Source: Candidatus Daviesbacteria bacterium
GTDB lineage: Bacteria; Patescibacteriota; Microgenomatia; Daviesbacterales; UBA10151
Direction: 5' to 3'
Assembly: GCA_016183305.1 (NCBI GenBank)
Contig: JACPEW010000018.1
Coordinates: 2,280-66,279 of the forward strand
Length of the DNA: 64,000 nucleotides
Position 1 is the stretch's first letter. Each line of letters starts with the position of its first letter. The notes below the pieces were generated by a model. It saw nothing but the letters and a program-made list of their open reading frames with translations. It was not told the origin of the DNA and searched no databases. The translations under genes were made by a program, and so were the position numbers. Below, piece after piece: positions 26,410 to 34,497 of the stretch.

Positions 26410-26962
26410 AAACCACGACTTGAAATTTTCTCAACCCCTAATTGTTTTAGCAATATTTGTACTTATAATAGCAGTGCTGATTATGATATTTTCCTCAATA
26501 AGCCAGGCAAGGAAAGATTCTATATACCAAACCTATGCTGTAGAAACCGCACAATACATCAACCAAAACCAACCCCAGCTAGCTACCCTTTTTAATGATA
26601 TGTTTCCTAAAACTGAATGTATTATTAATAGGCAACAGAATATTCCGTGTGCCTTCCCAAATCAGGAGGCAATTGCTCGTCTCCTTCCTTCTAGTCTGAA
26701 AGATTGGAGTTCAACTGCTTTTATCAAAGAAGGCGGCGAAAGAATTTTGATGATGCGTTTATCTGGTGATACTAAAGAACTTTATGTTTATCCAGAGCAA
26801 AAACGCCTACAGTTGCAAAAACTACTCAGAGGAGAAACTACAAAAATCGGATGGGATGATTATACTTACGAATTGATGGGGAAAGAAGTTGTTATTGCTG
26901 TCAAAGATAGCAACGGAAAGGTCATTGGTGCAATTATGCGATCGGTTATCGAAGTACAGTAA
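26399..26962 (+). CDS. Single-pass membrane protein with extracytoplasmic sensor-like (PDC/Cache-like) domain
   Basis: N-terminal TM helix, with a C-terminal ...GKEVVIAVKDSNGKVIGAIMRSV pattern. The domain call is tentative. Confidence 0.4.
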   Translation: MRNENHDLKFSQPLIVLAIFVLIIAVLIMIFSSISQARKDSIYQTYAVETAQYINQNQPQLATLFNDMFPKTECIINRQQNIPCAFPNQEAIARLLPSSLKDWSSTAFIKEGGERILMMRLSGDTKELYVYPEQKRLQLQKLLRGETTKIGWDDYTYELMGKEVVIAVKDSNGKVIGAIMRSVIEVQ

Positions 26963-26990
26963 CTATTATTGCTTTCTGTAAAAGATCACT

Positions 26991-27827
26991 TTATTTTAAA
27001 GGTTTCTTACCTTTCTTTTTGGGCAAATAATTTTGTGAGGTTATCACCTTCTTCCTGGTTTCCTTTTCAAGGTTAGACCTGGCATCTCCTGCAATTTTAC
27101 CACCACGCTTTGATACTCGTTTATTTCTCTCAAACCCTTTGGGGTGTTCTGTTTTGGTAATCTCTGTGGTTGCAGCTTCACCAAGCTGGGAAAATAAAAG
27201 CTCCAAATCACTCATATGATCACGGAGGTTTTCTCTCTTTAGGTTTTTAATTTTTTTATGTTCTGATGGAGTAACACCAAACGTGGCTCTGGATATTTCA
27301 GCTGTTAATATCTCATACTCTTTTGCTAGCTCTACTCCATGTTTTTGCCACTGGTCAGTCAATTCCTCGCTTATCGCAATAGAGCGCATGCGTCTTTCAA
27401 TCCAATCTTCTGGATATCCTTTGGCTTTATAAAGTGCCCTGGCTCGCTTTTGGGCTAACTCTGGGTCTTCTATCTCCTGTACCCTTTCATATCCGACTTT
27501 AGCTAACCATCTTTTAAAAGGCTCTGCTTTTGGTGAAGGTATAGATTGGATAATTCTAAAAATGCCTTCAGTATTTGCGCAATTTACTTTTTGTGCTCCA
27601 CCTGTAGTTTCAATTGAAAGGGGGGTGGCAATTTGCCCCCACCCTTTGAAAAGTTCCGGATCACGCCTACGCATATCCTTAATATACCCATCTGGCTGAA
27701 CTGAATCTGTTAAAGCAACCACAACATCAACGATTACAAACCACCACTCATTTTTATGAATAGTTTTTCTTATTTTCCTATTCCGGAAAATCGCTATTTT
27801 AGTTATTTGGGTTACTTCTTGATTCAT
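26991..27827 (-). CDS. Bro-N domain protein (DinD-like), copy 1
   Basis: IFRNRKIRKTIHKNEWWFVIVDV...ANTEGIFRIIQSIPSPKAEPFKRW is a Bro-N pattern, followed by a DinD-like helical C-terminal half. Confidence 0.75.
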   Translation of the reverse strand: MNQEVTQITKIAIFRNRKIRKTIHKNEWWFVIVDVVVALTDSVQPDGYIKDMRRRDPELFKGWGQIATPLSIETTGGAQKVNCANTEGIFRIIQSIPSPKAEPFKRWLAKVGYERVQEIEDPELAQKRARALYKAKGYPEDWIERRMRSIAISEELTDQWQKHGVELAKEYEILTAEISRATFGVTPSEHKKIKNLKRENLRDHMSDLELLFSQLGEAATTEITKTEHPKGFERNKRVSKRGGKIAGDARSNLEKETRKKVITSQNYLPKKKGKKPLK

Positions 27828-27924
27828 ATTAATTAAAAATTGTTATTGCACTTTATTGTACATAAAAACCCCATAATTACCAAGAGTTAAGGAAGGAAAA
27901 ATTTGTTCATGTCTGAATCAGAGA

Positions 27925-28040
27925 ATTTTTTATAACTAAATTAGGCTCCAATTCGTATAAAAAATCTGGTAAAATAGGATTTGAGTTAAATTCTTGGATG
28001 AATCCTGGCAGTCTGGCTAAGATCACGTCAGGAGCTCCAG
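27925..28040. repeat. Module right-end repeat (truncated copy of the 32609..32803 ORF region)
   Basis: The reverse frame reads SGAPDVILARLPGFIQEFNSNPILPDFLYELEPNL. The copy ends at the GAGCTCCAG junction. Confidence 0.65.
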
Positions 28041-28315
28041 AAAAAAAGATCGAACTTTACAAGTTTTAGCTTCAGAAACACATAAAAATCTATCAAAATT
28101 TAGACTTATAACTTTGAACCCTAACGGGAATCGAACTAGCCTTGGTGGAGTTACTTTTTCTCTTGTTCAACCTCTTCAGAATCTCCCGTCCATTCTAACC
28201 CATAAAACTCTTGCATAACTGCGCATGCCAGCAAATATACCACTTCTTGTATCTCTTTTAGTTCTTCTTCTGAAGCATTAGGATAATACTTTTTGATAGT
28301 CTTTAATGGCAACAT
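28041..28315. repeat. Module left-end repeat, copy B
   Basis: It aligns with 25741..26016, including the 54-aa ORF. Confidence 0.7.
28151..28315 (-). CDS. Conserved 54-aa protein, copy 2
   Basis: It encodes MLPLKTIKKYYPNASEEELKEIQEVVYLLACAVM.... Its ATG overlaps the TAA stop of the upstream aminotransferase ORF (TAATG). Confidence 0.45.
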   Translation of the reverse strand: MLPLKTIKKYYPNASEEELKEIQEVVYLLACAVMQEFYGLEWTGDSEEVEQEKK

Positions 28316-29124
28316 TATGTCCTTTCTTTTAACAGAACCAAAATTTCATCTACTACTTGGATAAACTTTTCATTAACTGTTTTTAACCTAGGACTTACTC
28401 TCACGAAATTTGTACATAAACCATTAAAATTGATTCCATCAACTATTGAAGGATCGGCAACGCAAAAACCAATTCTCAAACCGGCAAGTCCAAAACCTTT
28501 TGAGAAAGTTCTTAAAACAATCAAATTATCTATGTTCTGACATTCCCTTATAACTGTTTCTCCGCCGAACTCAATATTTGCTTCATCAACTATAACCAAA
28601 ATGTCTGTTGAGCGAACAAAATCTAAAATTGTATCTTTAGAGATAATATTACCTGTTGGATTATTGGGATTGCATAAAACAATTAGCTTGGTATTTTTAG
28701 TTATTCGCTTTCTTATATCAGTTAGGTCTATATCAAAGTCTGCTGTCATTTCCGACAAAACAACTTTACCACCTACAATCTGTACTGCTTTTTCGAACAT
28801 TGGAAATGTCAGTTTGGGTATTATCACTTCATCATTAGGTTTCAGGATAGCCTGTGGTAGAAGTTTAATAATAGCTTCAGAACCATTGGCCACTAAAATA
28901 CCTTCGGGATTTATCCGAAACATTTTAGATATGGTATTTTTAAGATCCTTTGAATCAGGATCGGGGTAATCAAAGAAATCCTTTAGCGAGATATCTTTTA
29001 AGGCCGTAACAACCTTAGGCGAGCAACCTAATGGATTTTCGCTTAACGAAAGATTAATCGGTAATTTCTCACCAAAAGCATATAACTTTCTAAAACTAAC
29101 TTGTGTCTGTATTGTGTTATTCAT
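28315..29124 (-). CDS. Class I/II aminotransferase (HisC-like), apparently shortened
   Basis: LSENPLG, NPNNPTG, DEANIEF and RTFSKGFGLAGLRIGF are present, but the region after the PLP-lysine segment is about 70 aa shorter than typical family members. It may be a decaying gene. Confidence 0.55.
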   Translation of the reverse strand: MNNTIQTQVSFRKLYAFGEKLPINLSLSENPLGCSPKVVTALKDISLKDFFDYPDPDSKDLKNTISKMFRINPEGILVANGSEAIIKLLPQAILKPNDEVIIPKLTFPMFEKAVQIVGGKVVLSEMTADFDIDLTDIRKRITKNTKLIVLCNPNNPTGNIISKDTILDFVRSTDILVIVDEANIEFGGETVIRECQNIDNLIVLRTFSKGFGLAGLRIGFCVADPSIVDGINFNGLCTNFVRVSPRLKTVNEKFIQVVDEILVLLKERT

Positions 29125-29136
29125 AGTTTCTCCCAC

Positions 29137-29160
29137 AAAAAAACCTCCCATTTCGGGAGG
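29137..29160 (-). terminator. Leader terminator/attenuator hairpin just upstream of the aminotransferase start
   Basis: On the minus strand a CCTCCC-GAAAT-GGGAGG hairpin is followed by a 7-nt U-run, 13 nt before the ATG at 29124. An upstream GGGAGG (29209..29214) can form an alternative pairing. Confidence 0.5.
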
Positions 29161-29351
29161 ATGTAAAATAATTCCGTTTTACCTACTATTAAACCACGAA
29201 ATTACCAACCTCCCTAAGAGAGGAATGATGCCAATAATAAGCATTGGTAGATTTCGTAGTTATAAAGGGATTGTAACACAAGCCCACAGAGTTTTCCTAA
29301 AAATGATCTGTTTTGACCACAAGGATCAATTTTTGTGCTAAGATAAATTGA

Positions 29352-29876
29352 GTGAACGCAGAATTAAAGAAACTTACCAAAGGGAAAGTAGCTGTTTTTA
29401 TTGATGCAGCCAATTTAGAGCTTTCAGCAAAAGACAGAGGGTGGAAGGTAGATTATAGAAAACTTTATAAGTGGTTAAAGGAAGCGGATCAACTAAAATA
29501 TCTCGGATTCTTTACGGTTCGTTTTGATAACAAATCCCACGATGCTTTTCTGACTATTCTCAAAAAGACAGGATACAAACTTGTTACCAAACCACTAAAA
29601 GTCATCAAAAACAAGTCAAAAGCTGGTCATACCAGAAAAGCTAATTTTGATGTAGAGATTGCAGTTGAGGCTATGAAGCAGATAGATTCTTTTGATACTA
29701 TGATACTTTTCTCCGGCGATAGCGATTTTGACTACCTTCTCAAGGAACTGAAAGGGGGAAATAAAAAGGTTATCGTAGTATCTACGAAATATCACATTTC
29801 CAGAGAATTGATAAAGAGGGCAGATACTTATATTGATTTAAGGAAGATTAGGAAGCTAATTGAAAGAAGGCCATAA
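29352..29876 (+). CDS. NYN domain (LabA-like) protein
   Basis: VAVFIDAANL, KANFDVEIAVEAM and LFSGDSDFDYL form the PIN-like NYN signature. Confidence 0.8.
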   Translation: MNAELKKLTKGKVAVFIDAANLELSAKDRGWKVDYRKLYKWLKEADQLKYLGFFTVRFDNKSHDAFLTILKKTGYKLVTKPLKVIKNKSKAGHTRKANFDVEIAVEAMKQIDSFDTMILFSGDSDFDYLLKELKGGNKKVIVVSTKYHISRELIKRADTYIDLRKIRKLIERRP

Positions 29877-29884
29877 AAAAGCCC

Positions 29885-29910
29885 GTCTTTTGCAACGGGC
29901 GGTTGATAAC
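29885..29910 (-). terminator. Hairpin with a U-run on the minus strand
   Basis: A GCCCGT...ACGGGC stem has its T-run only in minus-strand orientation. It probably terminates the truncated fragment at 30007..30117. Confidence 0.4.
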
Positions 29911-30006
29911 AATCTGTTTCCAGACTGCAAAAGAATTTTACTAAAGTATAGTAAGAATGTCAATGACCTATAGCCTAAAATCCAAAACAAAGTTTATTAT
30001 GCATAC

Positions 30007-30117
30007 TTATACATTTTTTAGACCTAAAGCATAAACTAAATCCGTTAAAAGTTCGTCAGATAGGAATAATCTGATAAACTTTGGCAGTCTGGCTAAGATC
30101 ACGTCAGGAGCTCCAGA
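30007..30117 (-). pseudogene. Third, truncated copy of the module right-end ORF
   Basis: The reverse frame reads SGAPDVILARLPKFIRLFLSDELLTDLVYALGLKNV-stop. The N-terminus is cut at the GAGCTCCAG junction. Confidence 0.5.
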
Positions 30118-30245
30118 GTAAAATTTAGGTTCGCAACAGGTCTGATTTGTACTAATTTTATCAATCCCACTCTCGAATCAGGTCCGATTACCCTCTCTGT
30201 TATAATTTATTTGCTTTTCAACAATATAAGATATAAAATAAGATC

Positions 30246-30614
30246 GTGAAACGGGAATTATCAGTTGCAGGACTCTCTTTATTGGGTGTCATACAATTAG
30301 TATATATACCTTATGCCATAGTGACACTAACACAATCTTTAAAGTGGAACTGGGATAGAGGGTTAGCAAATTCTTCATTTGTCAGAAATGGTGATTTAGC
30401 AGGATATATTTTGTCCTATATTGCATTTATAGTTCTATCTATTTTTGTATATAAAGATTTTAAAATTGTTCATAAGCTGATAGCAGCCAAGGATCATAAA
30501 CATTATTTAAAATCAGGCTTTTTGTTATTTGTTGAAAATATGATAGCAATTGTTGTTTTTGCGGCCGCTTTCCTTGCATTACTTTGGTACCACTGTCAAA
30601 AAGTTTATTGCTAG
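30246..30614 (+). CDS. Membrane protein, unknown function
   Basis: 122 aa with four hydrophobic helices and a GTG start. Confidence 0.4.
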   Translation: MKRELSVAGLSLLGVIQLVYIPYAIVTLTQSLKWNWDRGLANSSFVRNGDLAGYILSYIAFIVLSIFVYKDFKIVHKLIAAKDHKHYLKSGFLLFVENMIAIVVFAAAFLALLWYHCQKVYC

Positions 30615-30796
30615 ATGATTCTTGAGTAGGTGCAATTGAAAAGCTAATAGTTTTGCTTCCTCGTTTTGATCATTAAATAACTTTTTAAGTCCGACCCTAA
30701 TACCGTCTCCAGCTCCATGAGGCTTAGATTGTTTGGACAAACTAAGCTAAAATTATCTCAACTGGTATTAATTGAACGTTAGAGAGTCTTTTTTGG

Positions 30797-31405
30797 TTAT
30801 GGCATTCCGCCGCAATACACATATTTATGAAGGATACCTGAATCACCAGAAGTTGCATCTATAAATATGCGATTATTCGTAGAACAAGCTCCAATTTCCC
30901 AATACCATCCACCATTTTGGAGCTTAAGAGTATTTTTATTCTCAAGATAACCCGTACCTATACCAGGTATATCAGCAGAAGAACCTTTGAGTAATCCAAT
31001 GCTAATGTCTGTTTCGCCAGCACTTGTGGTTGCCACGTTATATTTACGAGCTAATTCAAGTTTAATCTTTGGAGTAAATATATCTTGGTAACAGTTATCA
31101 TAATAATGACACTCCTTAACTTTATTCTCTATTTTAAGTTCGCTATAGATTTTAGTTAAATCCGTCGTACTATTTTTATTATTAAGCTCATCTTTTAAGG
31201 AAGCTACATTTTGAATGATTGGAACTTGAGACGACGTAGAAGTTGATATTTCAGGTACTGACTGAGATTTAAAATCCGAGGACGGATTAAATTTCTGTAC
31301 TAAATCATACTTTTTAATTACAAAGGATCCTCCAATAATTCCACCAGACATTAATAAAATTACTATAATAAAGATTAATGGAGCAAAACCTTTATCCTTG
31401 AGCAT
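30797..31405 (-). CDS. N-terminally anchored secreted protein, Cys-containing C-domain
   Basis: KGFAPLIFIIVILL anchor, a Ser/Thr-rich linker and a C-terminal domain with 5 Cys. Confidence 0.4.
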   Translation of the reverse strand: MLKDKGFAPLIFIIVILLMSGGIIGGSFVIKKYDLVQKFNPSSDFKSQSVPEISTSTSSQVPIIQNVASLKDELNNKNSTTDLTKIYSELKIENKVKECHYYDNCYQDIFTPKIKLELARKYNVATTSAGETDISIGLLKGSSADIPGIGTGYLENKNTLKLQNGGWYWEIGACSTNNRIFIDATSGDSGILHKYVYCGGMP

Positions 31406-31563
31406 TAATTGTATCTTATCATAGAAGCTTTAAAGTAGCACATGGACTTACCCCTGTTGAGTGTGATGACATCTTTCGAAATGATTTTTCAAAATCTCGA
31501 GTTGATAAGCAAGTAATTTAGCTTCATCAGAACCATCATTAAACAGGTTGTCGAGTACGCCTG

Positions 31564-31601
31564 AAATCCCCTCACCCGCTCCAAACGAATTTTATCGAAC
31601 T
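31564..31601 (+). repeat. att-like junction: degenerate tRNA-Gly 3' end plus module left-end sequence
   Basis: AAATCCCCTCACCCGCTCCA-AACGAATTTTATCGAACT here compares with AATTCCCCTATCCCGCTCCA-GACGAATTTTATCGAACT at 25721..25758. Confidence 0.7.
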
Positions 31602-31650
31602 CGTGAATTTTAGCTTCATAAAGTTGATGAAACTTTTATCATTTCTATTT

Positions 31651-32490
31651 CTATTTCTTTAATAATTTTCTGCTTTGTTTTTTGGGCAAATAGTTTTGTG
31701 AGGTTGTTACTTTTCTGCCGGTTTCTTTCTCAAGATTAGATCTGGCATCTCCGGCAATTTTACCACCACGTCTTGAAACTTGTTTATTTTTCTCAAACCC
31801 TTTGGGATGTTCTGTTTTGGTAATTTCTGTGGTTACTGCTTCGCCAAGCTGAGAGAATAAAAGTTCTAAATCATTCATGTGATCACGCAGATTCTGACGT
31901 TGGAGTCCTTTTATTTTCTTGTATTCAGATGGTGTTATACCAAAAGTGGCTTTAGATATCTCGGCAGTTAGTATCTCATACTCTTTTGCAAGTCCTACAC
32001 CGTGTTTTTGCCACTGCTCTGTCAATTCCTCCCTGATGGCAATAGAACGCATCCGTCTTTCAATCCAGTCTTCAGGGTAGCCTTTCGCTTTGTAAAGGGC
32101 TCTTGCTCTCTTTTGTGCTAATTCCGGGTCTTCTATCTCCTGCACCCTTTTATATCCAACCTTAGCTAACCATCTCTTAAAAGGTTCTGCTTTTGGGGAA
32201 GGAATAGATTGGATAATCCTAAAAATACCTTCAGTATTTGCACATCTTACCTTCTGTTTTCCTCCTGTAGTTTCTATCAAAAGGGGGTGTTCAATTTGAA
32301 CCCACCCTTTAGCCAATTCTTTATCCCGGTTGAGCATATTTTTTAGGTATTGCTTGGGGTTTTGTGAATCTGTTAAGGCTTCGATTACATCAATAATTAC
32401 AAACCACCATTCATTTTTATGGATAGTTTTCCTGATTTTTCTATTTCGAAAGATCGCTATTTTAGTTATTTGGGTTATTTCTTGAGCCAT
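31651..32490 (-). CDS. Bro-N domain protein (DinD-like), copy 2
   Basis: It is collinear with 26991..27827 and roughly four-fifths identical by eye. Confidence 0.75.
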   Translation of the reverse strand: MAQEITQITKIAIFRNRKIRKTIHKNEWWFVIIDVIEALTDSQNPKQYLKNMLNRDKELAKGWVQIEHPLLIETTGGKQKVRCANTEGIFRIIQSIPSPKAEPFKRWLAKVGYKRVQEIEDPELAQKRARALYKAKGYPEDWIERRMRSIAIREELTEQWQKHGVGLAKEYEILTAEISKATFGITPSEYKKIKGLQRQNLRDHMNDLELLFSQLGEAVTTEITKTEHPKGFEKNKQVSRRGGKIAGDARSNLEKETGRKVTTSQNYLPKKQSRKLLKK

Positions 32491-32608
32491 AAATTTCTTA
32501 CTTTAATGTTTATATTACAATACTTAATTAAAAATTGTTGCTATACTTTATTATACGTAGAAAACCCGTAACAACAAGTAATTAAGGTAGACAAAAAATA
32601 GCCTATCA

Positions 32609-32803
32609 TTAAATTAATGAATGTTTCAAAGCTAAATTAGATTCTAATTCATATAAAAAATCTGGTAAAATGGGGATAGAGTTAAATTCTTGGATAAATC
32701 CTGGCAGTCTGTGTAACAGTACATCAGGAGCTCCAGGCGGGGCAGTGTCCCCAGAAAAGTCACGAATATATTGATACAACGGGCTAATCAAGATAGTCTT
32801 CAT
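32609..32803 (-). CDS. 64-aa protein spanning the rightmost junction (full-length version of the truncated right-end ORFs)
   Basis: It encodes MKTILISPLYQYIRDFSGDTAPPGAPDVLLHRLPGFIQEFNSIPILPDFLYELESNL. Two 5'-truncated copies lie upstream in the array. Confidence 0.35.
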   Translation of the reverse strand: MKTILISPLYQYIRDFSGDTAPPGAPDVLLHRLPGFIQEFNSIPILPDFLYELESNLALKHSLI

Positions 32804-32882
32804 AAGACATTTCCTCTCGCACCCAACAATTTATAAAATTTTAGCCTCATTTTGGTTCAAATCCCGTCTCTTTGCCAAATAC

Positions 32883-32935
32883 TTGTCAATTATATTGACA
32901 AATAACTTGACAATTATAATTGTTCTTTATATAAT
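32883..32935 (+). promoter_or_regulatory. Near-consensus promoter with palindromic operator upstream of fic-2
   Basis: The palindrome is TTGTCAA-TTATA-TTGACAA (32883..32901). TTGACA lies at 32907..32912, followed by a 17-nt spacer and TATAAT at 32930..32935. The ATG at 32942 is 6 nt after the -10 element, which suggests a leaderless mRNA. Confidence 0.6.
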
Positions 32936-32941
32936 TAAGGT

Positions 32942-33952
32942 ATGTTTAAACCAAAATATACTCTAATTCCCGAAATCCTCAATAATATTAATGAAATAGA
33001 AAGGCTTTATGGACGACTTGAGGGTTTAACTATTCCCCAGCATCTTTTATTAAATCTTGAACGGGATAATTTAATCCAATCTGTATATGTTTCAAATAGC
33101 ATTGAAGGGAATCCACTCTCTCAAGCAGAAGTTACCAACCTATTATTAAATGGTAGGGTACCGGTTAATCGGGATGAAAAAGAGGTTGTTAATTACTTTA
33201 AAATTTTAAAAACTCTTCATAAAAGAATTGGACAACCTTTTGATCTTAATATTATTCTTGATATTCATAAGGAGTTGATGGAAGCGGTTAATGATAAAAT
33301 CAAAGGTAAAATTCGAAATAAACAAATAGTGATAGGTAATTATGGTGAAGATAATAAAATTATTATTAAACATAATCCTCCGTTTCATACATATTTAGAA
33401 ATAGAGCAGTCTCTTAAGAAACTTTTGAATTGGATTCAAGATAGCGCTGAACCATCTATTTTAAAAGCAGGATTGTTTCATCATCAATTTGTCTTTATTC
33501 ATCCGTTTGAGGATGGTAATGGAAGAGTGTGCAGGTTATCAATGGCACTATTTTTATTAAAAAATAAATATCTTATTAATAAGTACTTTGTTCTTGATGA
33601 TTACTATGATATTGATAGACAACAGTATTCAGATAAATTACATACTGCTGATTTTGGTGATAAGACAGAATGGCTGGAGTATTTTACAAATGGAGTGAAA
33701 TATTCATTACAAAGCGCGCTTGGAAAAATTGAATCAGGACTTACCAAACTTACGTTTGATATTCGTCCAACTCCTAAAGAACAGGAAGCGTTAGAGATAA
33801 TACAAAAGTATAAAGAAATTAATTCCGCTGATTTAGTAAAAGAGCTGAATATAACAAGACAACAGGCATTCAATCTTTTAAGAGCGCTTGTAAAAAAAGG
33901 TTATCTTGAAAAAAAAGGCAGCACGAAAAGTAGTTTTTATATTTTGAAATAA
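32942..33952 (+). CDS. fic: Fic family protein (class II type)
   Basis: HPFEDGNGRVCRLS Fic motif, the VSNSIEGN inhibitory motif and a C-terminal wHTH-like tail. Confidence 0.9.
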   Translation: MFKPKYTLIPEILNNINEIERLYGRLEGLTIPQHLLLNLERDNLIQSVYVSNSIEGNPLSQAEVTNLLLNGRVPVNRDEKEVVNYFKILKTLHKRIGQPFDLNIILDIHKELMEAVNDKIKGKIRNKQIVIGNYGEDNKIIIKHNPPFHTYLEIEQSLKKLLNWIQDSAEPSILKAGLFHHQFVFIHPFEDGNGRVCRLSMALFLLKNKYLINKYFVLDDYYDIDRQQYSDKLHTADFGDKTEWLEYFTNGVKYSLQSALGKIESGLTKLTFDIRPTPKEQEALEIIQKYKEINSADLVKELNITRQQAFNLLRALVKKGYLEKKGSTKSSFYILK

Positions 33953-33963
33953 TAGCCGGCATA

Positions 33964-34356
33964 ATGAAACTTACACAGAGGCAGAGAGATAAATTATGGG
34001 GAGAAGACGGACCGTATTCTGAAGTTCATTTGATAATTGAAACGAGAATACTTGATGATCGGGAAGCCAGAAAATTTGTGATTGTTGAGCTTAATGTCAA
34101 CCCTTTGAGTTTTGAAATTCTTAAAAAGAATCGTAAGCAATTTGAAGATGATTTACTAATCCTGGAATTAATAGATCATGCTGAATATCGGGGACAATCA
34201 TTTGGTTATGTTGCTTGTGCGTATATTCATGAATATAATAATTCATCAATTCTTGTTGAAGCAGAAGAACATGCTGAATATTCAAAGAAAGCTTTAATTA
34301 AAATCCATAAATATGTGATGGATTTTTTAGGGATAAAATCTTCAAAAGCAAGGTAA
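33964..34356 (+). CDS. Hypothetical protein co-oriented with fic-2
   Basis: 130 aa with no recognisable motif. It starts 12 nt after the fic-2 stop. Confidence 0.4.
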   Translation: MKLTQRQRDKLWGEDGPYSEVHLIIETRILDDREARKFVIVELNVNPLSFEILKKNRKQFEDDLLILELIDHAEYRGQSFGYVACAYIHEYNNSSILVEAEEHAEYSKKALIKIHKYVMDFLGIKSSKAR

Positions 34357-34497
34357 AGATTGATAGTAGGCTCATTTTTCTTCCTCCTCAGCTTGATAGG
34401 CTTCCGTTAATTTGCTAAAAAGTTCTTTTCGGACCATTCATCCCCGCAGCAGAAGAATATTTTTGTTTTTAAAAAAATTCCAGATCACCATCTCATC

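Larger units (their letters stand above)
25741..32736. mobile_element. Integrase-less tandem array of related accessory modules downstream of tRNA-Gly
   Basis: The sequence that follows the tRNA 3' end recurs at 28041 and 31584. The GCTCCA(G) junction core recurs at 28035..28040, 30111..30116, 31578..31583 and 32731..32736. A degenerate tRNA 3' end copy lies at 31564..31583. The gene content is duplicated. Confidence 0.55.

Noticed and set aside
30797-31405. N-terminus KGFAPLIFIIV considered as a type IV prepilin signal
   Set aside because: It lacks the conserved Glu at +5 and the typical G/F(T)LIE context. A simple N-terminal membrane anchor is the more conservative reading.
32854-32877. 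tRNA-like 3' fragment considered as a functional tRNA gene
   Set aside because: Only the T-arm/CCA-like part is present. No acceptor 5' half, D-arm or anticodon arm can be drawn upstream.
25741-34356. Search for an integrase, recombinase or transposase in the tRNA-Gly array
   Set aside because: No ORF shows tyrosine or serine recombinase, DDE or HUH motifs. The peptide fragments at module ends (GAGEGISGVLDNLFND..., GAPDVILARLP...) do not resemble recombinase termini. The absence is reported as part of the finding rather than forcing an annotation.
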